From: an uncultured Bacteroidota bacterium
GTDB lineage: Bacteria; Bacteroidota; Bacteroidia; Flavobacteriales; Flavobacteriaceae
Assembly: GCA_902593165.1 (NCBI GenBank)
Contig: CACJHI010000005.1
Coordinates: 9,238-73,237 of the forward strand
DNA length: 64,000 bases
Reading direction: 5' to 3'
Shown: positions 19,179 through 29,506 of the stretch, one piece after another
How the letters are laid out: the number at the start of each line of letters is the position of its first letter
Numbering within the stretch: the stretch's first letter is position 1
Notes under the pieces: generated by a model
What the model was told of the DNA's origin: nothing
Seen by the model: the letters and a program-made list of their open reading frames with translations, nothing else
The model's database searches: none
Program-made: the position numbers and the translations under genes

Positions 19179-20145
19179 TTCAAGATTAAGAAGACTCAGA
19201 TATAATCCTAATATTAGAAACCTAGTAGAGGACATTAATTTAAAGACCTCTGATTTAATATATCCAATTTTTGTATGTGAGGGTAAAAATATAAAGGAGG
19301 AAATTAAGTCCCTTCCAGGACAATATAGGTATTCAATTGATAACCTACTAATATTGACTAAGGAGCTAATAAGCCTTAATATAAATTCAGTATTATTATT
19401 TGGAGTATCTGATAAAAAAGATGATAGTGGAAATATAGCATGTAACCACAAAAGTATTATCCCAAAAGCAATAAAGAAGATTAAAGAAAATCATAATGAT
19501 GATATACTTGTGATTGCTGATTTGTGTAATTGCAGTTACACATCTCATGGTCACTGTGGAACTATAGTTGATGGAGATGTAGACAATGACTTAACTATTG
19601 AAACATTATGTAAGCAGAGTATAATTCTTGCAGAATCAGGCGTTGACATCATTGCCCCTTCTGATATGATGGATGGAAGAACTGGAGAGATTAGAAAAGA
19701 ATTGGATAAAAATGGATTCCACAAAATTCCAATTTTTCCATACTCAGTAAAATATGCATCATCTTTTTATGGACCATTTAGAGGTGCCGTATCAAATTCT
19801 TTGAATGGGGGTGATAGAGAAACTCACCAAATGAGCTTTAAAAATTCATCTGAATATTTAAGAGAAATTGAACAAGATATTAATGAAGGGTGTGACGCAG
19901 TAATTATAAAACCTGCTTTATCATATTTAGATATTATTTCAAAAGTAAAAGACAGATTCAATATACCTATAATTGCGTATAATGTAAGTGGTGTCTATTC
20001 AATGATTAAATCTGCCTCAAAAGAAAATTTAATTGACGAAATAGATATAACAATGGAAATTCTATATTCAATTAAGAGAGCTGGAGCAACTGCAATAATT
20101 ACATATAATGCAGTAGAAATTGCAAAAAAAATTAATAAAAAATAA
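19165..20145 (+). CDS. hemB: Porphobilinogen synthase (ALA dehydratase), Cys-rich Zn-type site
   Basis: RLRRLR, DLCNCSYTSHGHCG (C-x-C-x7-C zinc site), PSDMMDGR, YASSFYGPFR, KPALSYLD. Confidence 0.95.
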   Translation: MNYPNSRLRRLRYNPNIRNLVEDINLKTSDLIYPIFVCEGKNIKEEIKSLPGQYRYSIDNLLILTKELISLNINSVLLFGVSDKKDDSGNIACNHKSIIPKAIKKIKENHNDDILVIADLCNCSYTSHGHCGTIVDGDVDNDLTIETLCKQSIILAESGVDIIAPSDMMDGRTGEIRKELDKNGFHKIPIFPYSVKYASSFYGPFRGAVSNSLNGGDRETHQMSFKNSSEYLREIEQDINEGCDAVIIKPALSYLDIISKVKDRFNIPIIAYNVSGVYSMIKSASKENLIDEIDITMEILYSIKRAGATAIITYNAVEIAKKINKK

Positions 20146-21429
20146 ATGTTTTATAATAGTCAATCAGCATATAAGGAAGCAGAGAAATTAATTCCAGGAG
20201 GAGTGAATTCTCCAGTTAGGGCTTTTAGAAGTGTTGATTCAACACCAATATTTTTCAAGAGTGGGAATGGAAGCAAAATGATCGATATAGATGATAATCA
20301 ATATATTGATTGTGTTGGTTCTTGGGGGCCATTAATTTTTGGTCATGCCGATGATTATACAATTGAAGCTATTGTAAATTGTTCAAAGAATGGAACAACT
20401 TTTGGAGCGCCAACAGAGCTTGAGACTAAAATGGCTTCAAAGATAATTGAGATGGTTCCTTCAATTGAAAAGGTAAGAATGGTAAGCTCAGGAACAGAAG
20501 CTACAATGAGTGCTATTAGGCTTGCTAGAGGCTACACTAGAAAAAATCTAATAATTAAATTCTCTGGTAATTATCATGGTCATTTTGATAGTTTCTTAAT
20601 AAAAGCTGGCTCTGGAGCAATGACATTAGGTAAACCAGATAGTCAGGGAGTAACCGAAAATATTGCAAAGGATACATTAGTAGCAGAATTTAATGATATT
20701 GATTCTGTAGTTAAACTCTTTAATGAAAATAAAGATAAAATTGCAGCAGTTATTATTGAACCAATTGCTGGAAATATGGGTTTAGTAATTCCAGAAAACA
20801 ATTTTTTGAGTGAGTTGAGGGCTATTTGTACTGAAAAGAATAGTCTATTAATCTTTGATGAAGTTATGAGTGGTTTCAGAGTTTCAAAAGGTGGTGCTCA
20901 AGAATTATATGATGTAATACCAGATATTACTACGCTTGGAAAAATTATTGGTGGTGGACTACCTGCAGGTGCATATGGGGGGAAAGCTGAAATTATGGAT
21001 CATGTTGCACCAGATGGCCCAGTTTATCAGGCTGGAACATTATCTGGAAATCCCTTAGCCATGGTTGCAGGATTAAGTGTACTAGAAAGATTAAATGATG
21101 ATGTATATAGTAAACTTGAGGGTATATCCTCTAAAATTCATGAAGGATTTCAGCTAAATATAACTAAGACAGGAGTTATGGCAAACATTGCCAGAGTAGG
21201 CTCAATGATGACTTTATTTTTCTCTGACTTAGATAGTGTTAAAAATTATTCTGAAGCTAAAAAATGCAATACAACTCTTTATTCAAAATATTTTAAGTCA
21301 ATGCTTGAGCTTGGGATATATCTTCCCCCGTCTCAATTTGAGTGTCTTTTTCTTTCGAATAGAATTGATGAAAATGATATTGATAAAATTATAGATAGTA
21401 ATCTCAAATCATTAAAAAAAATTAAATAA
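20146..21429 (+). CDS. hemL: Glutamate-1-semialdehyde 2,1-aminomutase
   Basis: PGGVNSPVRAF, SGTEATMSAIRLARG, FDEVMSGFR, TTLGKIIGGGLP (PLP lysine). Confidence 0.95.
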   Translation: MFYNSQSAYKEAEKLIPGGVNSPVRAFRSVDSTPIFFKSGNGSKMIDIDDNQYIDCVGSWGPLIFGHADDYTIEAIVNCSKNGTTFGAPTELETKMASKIIEMVPSIEKVRMVSSGTEATMSAIRLARGYTRKNLIIKFSGNYHGHFDSFLIKAGSGAMTLGKPDSQGVTENIAKDTLVAEFNDIDSVVKLFNENKDKIAAVIIEPIAGNMGLVIPENNFLSELRAICTEKNSLLIFDEVMSGFRVSKGGAQELYDVIPDITTLGKIIGGGLPAGAYGGKAEIMDHVAPDGPVYQAGTLSGNPLAMVAGLSVLERLNDDVYSKLEGISSKIHEGFQLNITKTGVMANIARVGSMMTLFFSDLDSVKNYSEAKKCNTTLYSKYFKSMLELGIYLPPSQFECLFLSNRIDENDIDKIIDSNLKSLKKIK

Positions 21430-22455
21430 ATGGAATCTATACTACTAAGAACTATTAAGGGAGAGAAAACAAGTAGGCCACCAGTATGGTTTATGAGACA
21501 GGCAGGGAGAATTCTTCCAAATTATATGAAACTAAAAGAGTCATATACTTTTCATGAACTCATGAATGATAAAGACCTAGCCTCAAAAGTTACTCTTTTA
21601 CCTATTAGTGATCTTTCAGTTGATGCTGCTATTCTTTTTAGTGATATACTCGTTATCCCTCATGCGTTGGGCCTAGGAGTTGAGTTTAAAAAAACAGGCC
21701 CTGTTTTTAATAGTCCTTTAAATATTGGTTCAAAAGCAGCAGATTTAAATTTTGATTCAAAAAAATTAGAATATATATATAATAATATCAAACAAATAAA
21801 TCTAGACAAAGATGAGCAGACCCCGTTAATTGGGTTTTGTGGAGGACCATTAACTGTTTTTCTTTTTATGTTTAAGCATGAAGGGTCAAAAGATCATATG
21901 AAAAAAGCGATTAGATTCTTATATGAAAATAGAAGTGAAAGTAAGATGATTCTTGAACTTATAACTCAATCCTCTATAGAATATGTTGAGAACCAGTGTA
22001 AATCAGGTATAGATGTTTTTCAACTTTTTGAGACATATTGTGGTTCTATACCTTATCAATTATACAACAAACTAATCCTTCCATATTCAAAAAGAATATT
22101 AGATGCGGCAAGGAGAAATAATTGTCCAACAATTTTCTTTCCAAAAGATATCGGCAATGGAGTATCTATTATTAATAAGACAGTATGTGATTTTGTTAGT
22201 GTTGATTGGCATACTTCAATAGAACATGCAAGAAACATGATTGATGATGAAATAGGAATACAGGGGAATATGGATCCACGTATATTCTATCAAGATTATG
22301 ATGAAATCGAAGATTATTTGAATAGTTTAAGTACTTTTGGCAGCCAAAATCAAAATTGGATTTTCAATCTTGGCCATGGTTTTCTTCCTGATATTGATCA
22401 TAAAAAAGTGAAGTTTGTAGTTAACTGGATAAAAGATAAAGACTGGAATAGATAA
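21430..22455 (+). CDS. hemE: Uroporphyrinogen decarboxylase
   Basis: RPPVWFMRQAGRILPNY, ILFSDILVIP, FNLGHGF. Confidence 0.95.
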   Translation: MESILLRTIKGEKTSRPPVWFMRQAGRILPNYMKLKESYTFHELMNDKDLASKVTLLPISDLSVDAAILFSDILVIPHALGLGVEFKKTGPVFNSPLNIGSKAADLNFDSKKLEYIYNNIKQINLDKDEQTPLIGFCGGPLTVFLFMFKHEGSKDHMKKAIRFLYENRSESKMILELITQSSIEYVENQCKSGIDVFQLFETYCGSIPYQLYNKLILPYSKRILDAARRNNCPTIFFPKDIGNGVSIINKTVCDFVSVDWHTSIEHARNMIDDEIGIQGNMDPRIFYQDYDEIEDYLNSLSTFGSQNQNWIFNLGHGFLPDIDHKKVKFVVNWIKDKDWNR

Positions 22456-22460
22456 GAAAT

Positions 22461-23840
22461 ATGGACAGAATAAAAGAGAAGTTATTAAAGAAGTATAGCA
22501 CTACTGGGCCAAGGTATACCTCCTATCCCCCTGCTACCTTTTTTGATACAAATTTTACAAATGATGAGTATGAGGAAAAACTCATTCAATCTAACAATGA
22601 GTATCCGCAGAGTATTTCCGTTTACATTCATATTCCTTTCTGTCCACAAATATGTCATTTCTGTGGCTGTACAACTGAAACAGGTTTTACAAAGCCATTC
22701 CTTGAAAGATATATAGATGCACTAATTAAAGAAATCGAATATGTATCAAAAAAAATTGATTCAAAAAGAATTTTAACTCAAGTTCATTGGGGAGGAGGAA
22801 CTCCAAATGCAATTTCATATAAATATATTGAGAGAGTCACAAAAAAACTTTTTGAAATATTTACGTTTTCAAAAAACTATGAGATGGCTATTGAGTGTAA
22901 TCCTGCACACCTAGAATTTAAACATATTGAATTACTAAAAAAGTTTGGATTTAATAGAATTTCTTTAGGGATTCAAGATTTTAGATTAGATGTTCTTGAA
23001 GGAATAAACAGAAAACCTTCTAAACATCCAATTAAAGAAATTATTAAGAAAATTAGTGATGAAGGTTTTACAGGCACTAATATAGATCTTGTTTATGGAC
23101 TACCATATCAAACTCCTGAAACCTTTAGTGATACCGTTGATAAAGCTATAGAGCTTGATACTGATAGGATTGTTACTTTTTCATATGCTCATGTTCCAAG
23201 TATTTTGCCACGACAAAAAATACTTGAAAAAATTGGTTTCCCAAGCTCAAGTGAAAAGGCAATAATGTATGAGACTGCTTATGAAAAATTAGTCAATGCC
23301 GGCTATATTTCTATTGGAATGGATCATTATTCAAAACCTCATGATGAGTTTGCAATTGCTTTAAAAAATAAACAATTACATAGGAATTTTCAAGGTTATT
23401 GTACTAGAGAGACAACAGGTCAAGTATATGCATTTGGTGCTTCATCAATTTCTCAACTTGACTCAGCATATATACAGAATATAAAGAATGCAAGTCAGTA
23501 TATTAATTCTATTGAAAAAGACAATCTTGCTGTATTACGAGGATATTCTGTAAATAAAGATCAAAAGATTATTCGTGAAATTATTAATTCCATAATGTGT
23601 AACTATTATGTTGAAATCAAAACTATTGCTAAGAAATATAATCTACAAGCATCAGAACTTTACAGCTTAATAAAGTTCAAAAAAGATAATTTAGATGATT
23701 TTATTGTAGATGGAATTCTTGAATTTAAAGATGACATCATCACAGTAAAAGAGAGTGGAAGGTTATTTACTAGAAATATTGCTATGAGATTTGATCCATT
23801 AATTGATCAAAAGGTTGGTAGCTACTCAAATACTGTATGA
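22461..23840 (+). CDS. hemN: Oxygen-independent coproporphyrinogen III oxidase (radical SAM)
   Basis: GPRYTSYPPA, YIHIPFCPQICHFCGC (CxxxCxxC), HWGGGTPN; 459 aa full-length HemN type. Confidence 0.85.
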   Translation: MDRIKEKLLKKYSTTGPRYTSYPPATFFDTNFTNDEYEEKLIQSNNEYPQSISVYIHIPFCPQICHFCGCTTETGFTKPFLERYIDALIKEIEYVSKKIDSKRILTQVHWGGGTPNAISYKYIERVTKKLFEIFTFSKNYEMAIECNPAHLEFKHIELLKKFGFNRISLGIQDFRLDVLEGINRKPSKHPIKEIIKKISDEGFTGTNIDLVYGLPYQTPETFSDTVDKAIELDTDRIVTFSYAHVPSILPRQKILEKIGFPSSSEKAIMYETAYEKLVNAGYISIGMDHYSKPHDEFAIALKNKQLHRNFQGYCTRETTGQVYAFGASSISQLDSAYIQNIKNASQYINSIEKDNLAVLRGYSVNKDQKIIREIINSIMCNYYVEIKTIAKKYNLQASELYSLIKFKKDNLDDFIVDGILEFKDDIITVKESGRLFTRNIAMRFDPLIDQKVGSYSNTV

Positions 23841-24859
23841 TGAAAGGTTTATTAATGATAAATTTAGGCTCTCCGGACAGCACATCTATTCCAGATGTAA
23901 AGAAATACTTGGATGAGTTTTTAATGGATAAGAGGGTAATTGGTAAAAGCTATCTATTTAGATGGATTCTTGTCAAATTAATAATTTTAAATACTAGACC
24001 TAGAAAGTCTGCTAAGGCATATAAAAAAATTTGGTGGAAAGAGGGGTCCCCTCTAATAGTTCTATCAAAAAGGTTATTCAATAAAGTTACTAAGCTACTT
24101 GACATACCTGTTGCTCTGGCAATGAGATATGGGTCAATTAGTATAAAAAAGGGTCTAAGTGAACTAGATAAAAAAGGAGTAAAAGACGTCTTAGTCCTTC
24201 CTTTGTATCCTCATTATGCAATGTCATCATATGAGACTGTTGTTGAAAAAGTAAAAGAGGAAAGAGAAGCTCATTTTCCAAACCTTAATATAGATGTTAT
24301 TCCTCCATTCTATAAGAATCCAGAATACATTGATATATTAAGTGCAAAAATAGAAGAGTCAATTAAGAGTGTTGAATTCGATCATCTACTTTTCTCATAT
24401 CATGGAATTCCAATTAGTCATCTTAAAATATCTGATCAAACAAATAGTCATTGTTATAAAGTAAATGATTGTTGTAATGTAGATTCTTTAGCCCATAGAA
24501 CTTGTTATAAGCATCAGTGTCTTGAAACTACCAAAAAAGTTATAGAAAAACTTAATATTGGAGAGGATAAGCATAGTAACTCATTTCAATCTAGACTTCC
24601 TAATGAACCTTGGTTAAAACCATATACAGATAGTGAACTTGAAAGACTTGCTAAGGCTGGTAAAAAGAAACTAGTCATAGTAACTCCAGCTTTTGTTACA
24701 GATTGTCTTGAAACTCTTGAAGAGATTGCAATGGAAGGAAAAGAAGAATTTTTAGAAGCTGGGGGTAAAGAATATACATATGTATCTTGTTTAAATGAAG
24801 ATGATAACTGGGCTGAATTAATATCAAGATGGACAAAGGACTATATTAAATTAAACTAG
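23837..24859 (+). CDS. hemH: Ferrochelatase with an internal Cys-rich insert
   Basis: LLMINLGSPDSTSIPDVKKYLDEFLMDKRVI, LPLYPHYAMSS, FSYHGIP, FVTDCLETLEEI. Insert: HCYKVNDCCNVDSLAHRTCYKHQC. Confidence 0.9.
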   Translation: MMKGLLMINLGSPDSTSIPDVKKYLDEFLMDKRVIGKSYLFRWILVKLIILNTRPRKSAKAYKKIWWKEGSPLIVLSKRLFNKVTKLLDIPVALAMRYGSISIKKGLSELDKKGVKDVLVLPLYPHYAMSSYETVVEKVKEEREAHFPNLNIDVIPPFYKNPEYIDILSAKIEESIKSVEFDHLLFSYHGIPISHLKISDQTNSHCYKVNDCCNVDSLAHRTCYKHQCLETTKKVIEKLNIGEDKHSNSFQSRLPNEPWLKPYTDSELERLAKAGKKKLVIVTPAFVTDCLETLEEIAMEGKEEFLEAGGKEYTYVSCLNEDDNWAELISRWTKDYIKLN

Positions 24860-24863
24860 TGCT

Positions 24864-26186
24864 TTGAAAGTAAATACTGTAATTATTGGAGGAGGTATTT
24901 CTGGATTAAGTGCAGCAAATTTCTTATCAAAAAAAACTTCAGATTTCCTTATTCTTGAGTCAAGTAATAGAGTGGGTGGTACAATAAATAGTTCAGAGGT
25001 TGATGGCTATATACTTGAAAATGGGCCAAATACAGTATTGGATAATAACACTGCAATTCAAGAGCTTTTATCTGACCTTAGTATTACAGAAGAATTAATA
25101 TACCCTGATATAAAAAAGATCAGTAACAGATACTTATTAATAAATGATAGGTTAGAGAAAATACCCCTAACTATTATTGAATTTCTTTTAACTCCAATAT
25201 TAAGTATTTATTCAAAAATTAAAATCTTTTCTGAAATATTAGTTCCAAGACATATAAATGACACCGATGTCGAAAGTTTTATAAAAAGAAGATTTGGAAA
25301 AGAGTTCCATGACAATTTGATTGTGCCATTTCTAACAGGAATTTATGCAGATTCCACAAATAAAATGAGTACAAAAAATACACTGAAAAAAATGTGGGAG
25401 CTTGAGCAAAAGCACGGGAGTATCATAATTGGTTTAATTAAGGAAAAAAATAAAAATTCAAAGGCAAAGATTTTTACAATTAATGGAGGGCTGTCAAAAA
25501 TAACTGACTTAATATCTAAGAAGTTTAAAACTCAATTAATGTTAAATACTAAAGTTTCATGTATTGTTAAACTTAATGAATCATATAAAATTACTTTAAA
25601 AGAAGGTGAGGATATATTTTGTAAAAAAATCATATCTACAATACCCTCATACTCACTTAAAGATATAGTCTTTGATGATAAACTTAAGAGTGTTTTGTCT
25701 AAAGTAAATTATAATCCAATTGATGTATTTCATTTTGGTTTTGATAGAGATGCCTTAGAGATAGAAATTGATGGATTTGGAATACTTACAAAGCCACAAG
25801 ATAGAAAGAGCTTTTTAGGGGTATTATTTAGTTCAAATATTTTTGAGCATGTCTCCAATAATAAAAAATTTCTAATTACTGTTTTAGCAGGTGGAGATAG
25901 ACAGAAAGATTTATGCAAAAAATCTCCTAAAGTTCTTGAAAAGGAAATCTTAAATGAGATTCTACCTCTACTTAGATTAAAATCTGAACCTGAATTTAAA
26001 AATCATTTTAGATGGTCAAATGGTATTCCCTCCTATTCAATGTCAGTAAGAAAATTACAAAAGGATATAAAAATTTTTGAAGAAAGAAATAAAGGTTTTT
26101 ATATAATTGGAAATTATCATCTTGGTGTTTCTGTAAGTGATTGTGTAAAAAATTCGAAAGAACTTATCGAAACTAAATTCAACTAG
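24864..26186 (+). CDS. hemY: Protoporphyrinogen oxidase (FAD, HemY type)
   Basis: TTG start. VIIGGGISGLSAANFL dinucleotide fold, ENGPNT, C-terminal IGNYHLGVSVSDCV. Confidence 0.8.
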   Translation: MKVNTVIIGGGISGLSAANFLSKKTSDFLILESSNRVGGTINSSEVDGYILENGPNTVLDNNTAIQELLSDLSITEELIYPDIKKISNRYLLINDRLEKIPLTIIEFLLTPILSIYSKIKIFSEILVPRHINDTDVESFIKRRFGKEFHDNLIVPFLTGIYADSTNKMSTKNTLKKMWELEQKHGSIIIGLIKEKNKNSKAKIFTINGGLSKITDLISKKFKTQLMLNTKVSCIVKLNESYKITLKEGEDIFCKKIISTIPSYSLKDIVFDDKLKSVLSKVNYNPIDVFHFGFDRDALEIEIDGFGILTKPQDRKSFLGVLFSSNIFEHVSNNKKFLITVLAGGDRQKDLCKKSPKVLEKEILNEILPLLRLKSEPEFKNHFRWSNGIPSYSMSVRKLQKDIKIFEERNKGFYIIGNYHLGVSVSDCVKNSKELIETKFN

Positions 26187-27030
26187 ATCTTAGGTATTTT
26201 TTTGGGGTTGTCCCGAACCTATTTTTAAAAGCATTAATGAAGTGGCTTGAAGTACTATACCCTATATGATCAGCAACCTCGTTAACATTATAGTTTCTTG
26301 TAGAAAGCATTTTACTAGCAATATTCATCTTATATTCCAATAGAAATCCATAAACTGTGTAACCATAAATTTCTTTAAATCCTTCCTTAAGATTTTTGAG
26401 AGAGATATCAACTTCAGCAGATAACTCTTTTAAAGAAGGAGGGTCTGACATTCTTTTTATTATTATCTCCTTTGCCATTTTTATTTTTACAACATTTTTC
26501 TCATCTGCTAAAAATGGGCATTGTTCAATATTTAATTCGTTTGACTCATTAAAGAATAGTCCTAATAATTCAAAGATTTTTCCCTTTATATAAAGATTTT
26601 TTACATTATCACTAAGCTTTTCATTAACAATTTGATTAAGAATAGTACTTATCTGTGGTGAGATGACATTCTCTTTATAATATTTTTTTCCTGCATTTTC
26701 TTGAGATAAAAAAGAAATATTATCTGTTAATTCTGAAAACAAACTATGAAATTTTTTAATTGTGATCAATAGACTTACATATTTGGATCTTTCATCTAGT
26801 TTAGCATCAATAGGGAGGTTAGTCGATGGATTAAATAAAATAATTGAATTATTCTCTTGAAGATTAAATGTGTAAGCCCCGTTGTTATATCTTAGAGAAA
26901 TTTTACCTTCTAGACAAAAATGGAACTGGATAAAATTTATATCTGTACTAAATAATATATCCTTAGAGCCTTTTTCAAAATTTGAACAGGTATTAATTAA
27001 AATATCATTGTCAATTTTTAAAGTGTTCAT
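26179..27030 (-). CDS. AraC-family transcriptional regulator
   Basis: 283 aa. C-terminal double HTH (SLKELSAEVDISLKNLKEGFKE; HIGYSTSSHFINAFKNRFGTTPKKY). The 3' end overlaps the hemY 3' end by 8 nt (convergent). Confidence 0.85.
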   Translation of the reverse strand: MNTLKIDNDILINTCSNFEKGSKDILFSTDINFIQFHFCLEGKISLRYNNGAYTFNLQENNSIILFNPSTNLPIDAKLDERSKYVSLLITIKKFHSLFSELTDNISFLSQENAGKKYYKENVISPQISTILNQIVNEKLSDNVKNLYIKGKIFELLGLFFNESNELNIEQCPFLADEKNVVKIKMAKEIIIKRMSDPPSLKELSAEVDISLKNLKEGFKEIYGYTVYGFLLEYKMNIASKMLSTRNYNVNEVADHIGYSTSSHFINAFKNRFGTTPKKYLRSS

Positions 27031-27104
27031 ATTTGATCTTTATATATAGACAAATATAAAATTGTTAAATAACATATAGAATTAATTTCATTAAATTAGC
27101 TAAT

Positions 27105-28373
27105 ATGGATGTTAGCTCAATTTTAATAGTACTTCCTTTACTGATAATTTTCTCTTATCTGTTTGATATTTTTGCGCGAAGAACAAAATTCCCTTCAGTT
27201 ATATTATTAGTTTTTACTGGTATTATTGCAAGGTTTATATCTTCATTTTATGGGTATGATAATTTTGCTTTTTTAGATAGCTTGGTCCCTGTTCTAGGTA
27301 CAATTGGATTAATACTAATTGTTCTAGAAGCTGCTATTGAGTTAGAGATAAAAAAGGAAAAAACTGAAATTATAATCAAAGGTTTTCTAGCAGCCTTAAT
27401 TATACTGGTTATAAATATTGTTCTTGTTAGTGTTTTCTTTAATCAAGTAATTGGACTGCCATACCCAACTTCTGTTATATATGCAATACCATTATCAATT
27501 ATTAGTAGTGCTGTTGCAATACCTTCAGCTACAGGTTTGATTACAAAGAATAAGGAGTTTGTGGTTTATGAATCGACATTTTCTGATATTTTAGGAATTA
27601 TGTTTTTTTACTATTGTATAAGACAAGCTGAGAAAGGGGAAGCACTAATTGGTATAGAGCCAATAATTACCCTAATTGGTCAAATATTTTTAATTATAAT
27701 CATATCTATAGCTATTACTTATCTTCTTTTTCAATTAATTCAAAGAATTGAGCACCATGTAAAATTCTTTCTAATTCTTGCTCTATTAATTTTAGCATAT
27801 GAGATAGGTAAAGATTTTCTAAAACTTCCATCATTAGTATTAATATTTATTTTTGGAATATTTCTGTCAAACTTTACAAACCTCATCCCTAAGGGTTTAA
27901 AAAAATATATCAAAACAGATAAAGTAGGAAAATCAGACCTTCACGAGTTTCATTTACTAACTGCAGAATCAACTTTTTTAGTTAGAACTTTCTTCTTTTT
28001 GTTTTTTGGGTTTTCTATCCCACTTGAAAGTTTTATAGAGTTTGAACCATATATAATTGGAGCCACTGTGCTGCTTATTATGTATGGTATTAGATATTTT
28101 TATTTAGCCCTTGTATTAAATGATGATGATTCTAAACCATTACTTTACTTCTCTCCTAGAGGTTTGATTACAATACTCCTCTTTTTAAGTATTTCAGATT
28201 ATGATATTCAGAAAAGTAATATTGTTGATGAAAAAGTGCTTTTAGTAATAATTATTGCTTCAATGCTAATTATGATTCAAGGCTCTATTAATAGGAAAAA
28301 GAAAGAGGAACCTGATCCAGAACCCCAACAATCATTTACTGAAATAGTCGACTCTCAAATTGATAAAAAATGA
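27105..28373 (+). CDS. Cation:proton antiporter (Na+/H+ exchanger family)
   Basis: 422 aa, about 11-12 TM helices, polar C-terminal tail. Confidence 0.6.
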   Translation: MDVSSILIVLPLLIIFSYLFDIFARRTKFPSVILLVFTGIIARFISSFYGYDNFAFLDSLVPVLGTIGLILIVLEAAIELEIKKEKTEIIIKGFLAALIILVINIVLVSVFFNQVIGLPYPTSVIYAIPLSIISSAVAIPSATGLITKNKEFVVYESTFSDILGIMFFYYCIRQAEKGEALIGIEPIITLIGQIFLIIIISIAITYLLFQLIQRIEHHVKFFLILALLILAYEIGKDFLKLPSLVLIFIFGIFLSNFTNLIPKGLKKYIKTDKVGKSDLHEFHLLTAESTFLVRTFFFLFFGFSIPLESFIEFEPYIIGATVLLIMYGIRYFYLALVLNDDDSKPLLYFSPRGLITILLFLSISDYDIQKSNIVDEKVLLVIIIASMLIMIQGSINRKKKEEPDPEPQQSFTEIVDSQIDKK

Positions 28374-29506
28374 AAACATTAAAAAATATTATAATTGGAT
28401 CAGCAATCATTTTTGCTCTTGTCTATACTCTTAACTTAGAATATTTTGTAAAAGGAATTAGAGTAGTTTATTTAAATGGACAAACAACTGTTTTTATTGA
28501 TGATCTTAAATATTTTGATTATGAGGTAATTGAATCAACTCCAGAAAAAGCACCTTGGCCTATTAGCGAAAATGTAGTTGATAGTTTTTCAGATAAATTT
28601 GAAAAGTACAATGAAGATTTTGGAACAGTTGCTTATGTTGTAATACATAAAGACACAATCATTGCAGAAAAATATTATAAGGGTTATTCATCTAATTCAT
28701 CTACAAATTCTTTTTCTATGGCAAAAACTTTAGTTTCAGCAGCTATGGGTAAAGCTCTTGAACTTGGTTATATAAAAAGTCTAAATGACAAAGTCATAGA
28801 CTATATACCTAATTTAAGAGGTGAATTCGCAGATCAGGTTCGTGTAGTTGACCTAGCTTCAATGACATCTGGATTAAAATGGGATGAAGGTACATCTGAT
28901 CCATTTAGTCCAGTTGCAAAGCAGTACTTTATCGATGATGTTGAAGAACTTATGTTAAATCAGCCATTCATTGAAAAGCCTGGTGAAAAGTATCATTATT
29001 CAAGTGGAAACACACAGCTCCTATCTCTTTTGATTGAAAAAGCATCTGGTATTAAATTTGATAAATTTTTTGAGAAAGAAATTTGGTCTAAAATTAATCC
29101 AGATAATGATGCTTACTGGCAACTCGACAGCAAAGAAAAAGGGAATATTAAATCTTTTTGTTGTTTCCACTCCAATGCTCGAGATTTTTCAAGATTAGGT
29201 AGACTCTACCTTAATCATGGAAAATGGGATGGGGAGCAAATTATAGATTCTCTATTTATAAAAAGATCAATGACTCCATTTTTAGAGAGTTTTGATGCAT
29301 ATGGAATTGGTGTTTGGTTATCAAATCATAAAGAGTTAAATATATCCTTAATGAGTGGGCACCAAGGACAATACGTAATTATGATTCCAGAAAAAGATCT
29401 AATTATTACAAGATTAGGAGAAAGGGATATTGATCTTGGTGGTCCAGGTGTATCAGGAGATGTATTGGTTTATATTGATGAAGCACTAAGTCTGATTCAA
29501 GACTAA
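28370..29506 (+). CDS. Serine hydrolase (beta-lactamase / PBP4* fold)
   Basis: SFSMAKTL (S-x-x-K), YSSGNT (Y-x-N-like) and GHQGQY motifs. ATGA overlap with the upstream gene. Confidence 0.65.
   Translation: MKTLKNIIIGSAIIFALVYTLNLEYFVKGIRVVYLNGQTTVFIDDLKYFDYEVIESTPEKAPWPISENVVDSFSDKFEKYNEDFGTVAYVVIHKDTIIAEKYYKGYSSNSSTNSFSMAKTLVSAAMGKALELGYIKSLNDKVIDYIPNLRGEFADQVRVVDLASMTSGLKWDEGTSDPFSPVAKQYFIDDVEELMLNQPFIEKPGEKYHYSSGNTQLLSLLIEKASGIKFDKFFEKEIWSKINPDNDAYWQLDSKEKGNIKSFCCFHSNARDFSRLGRLYLNHGKWDGEQIIDSLFIKRSMTPFLESFDAYGIGVWLSNHKELNISLMSGHQGQYVIMIPEKDLIITRLGERDIDLGGPGVSGDVLVYIDEALSLIQD

Noticed and set aside
22461-23840. Possibility that the hemN call is really the heme chaperone HemW
   Set aside because: The protein is full length (459 aa) and has the N-terminal GPRYTSYPPA block characteristic of bona fide HemN, which the shorter HemW proteins lack. 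The operon context also fits a catalytic step.
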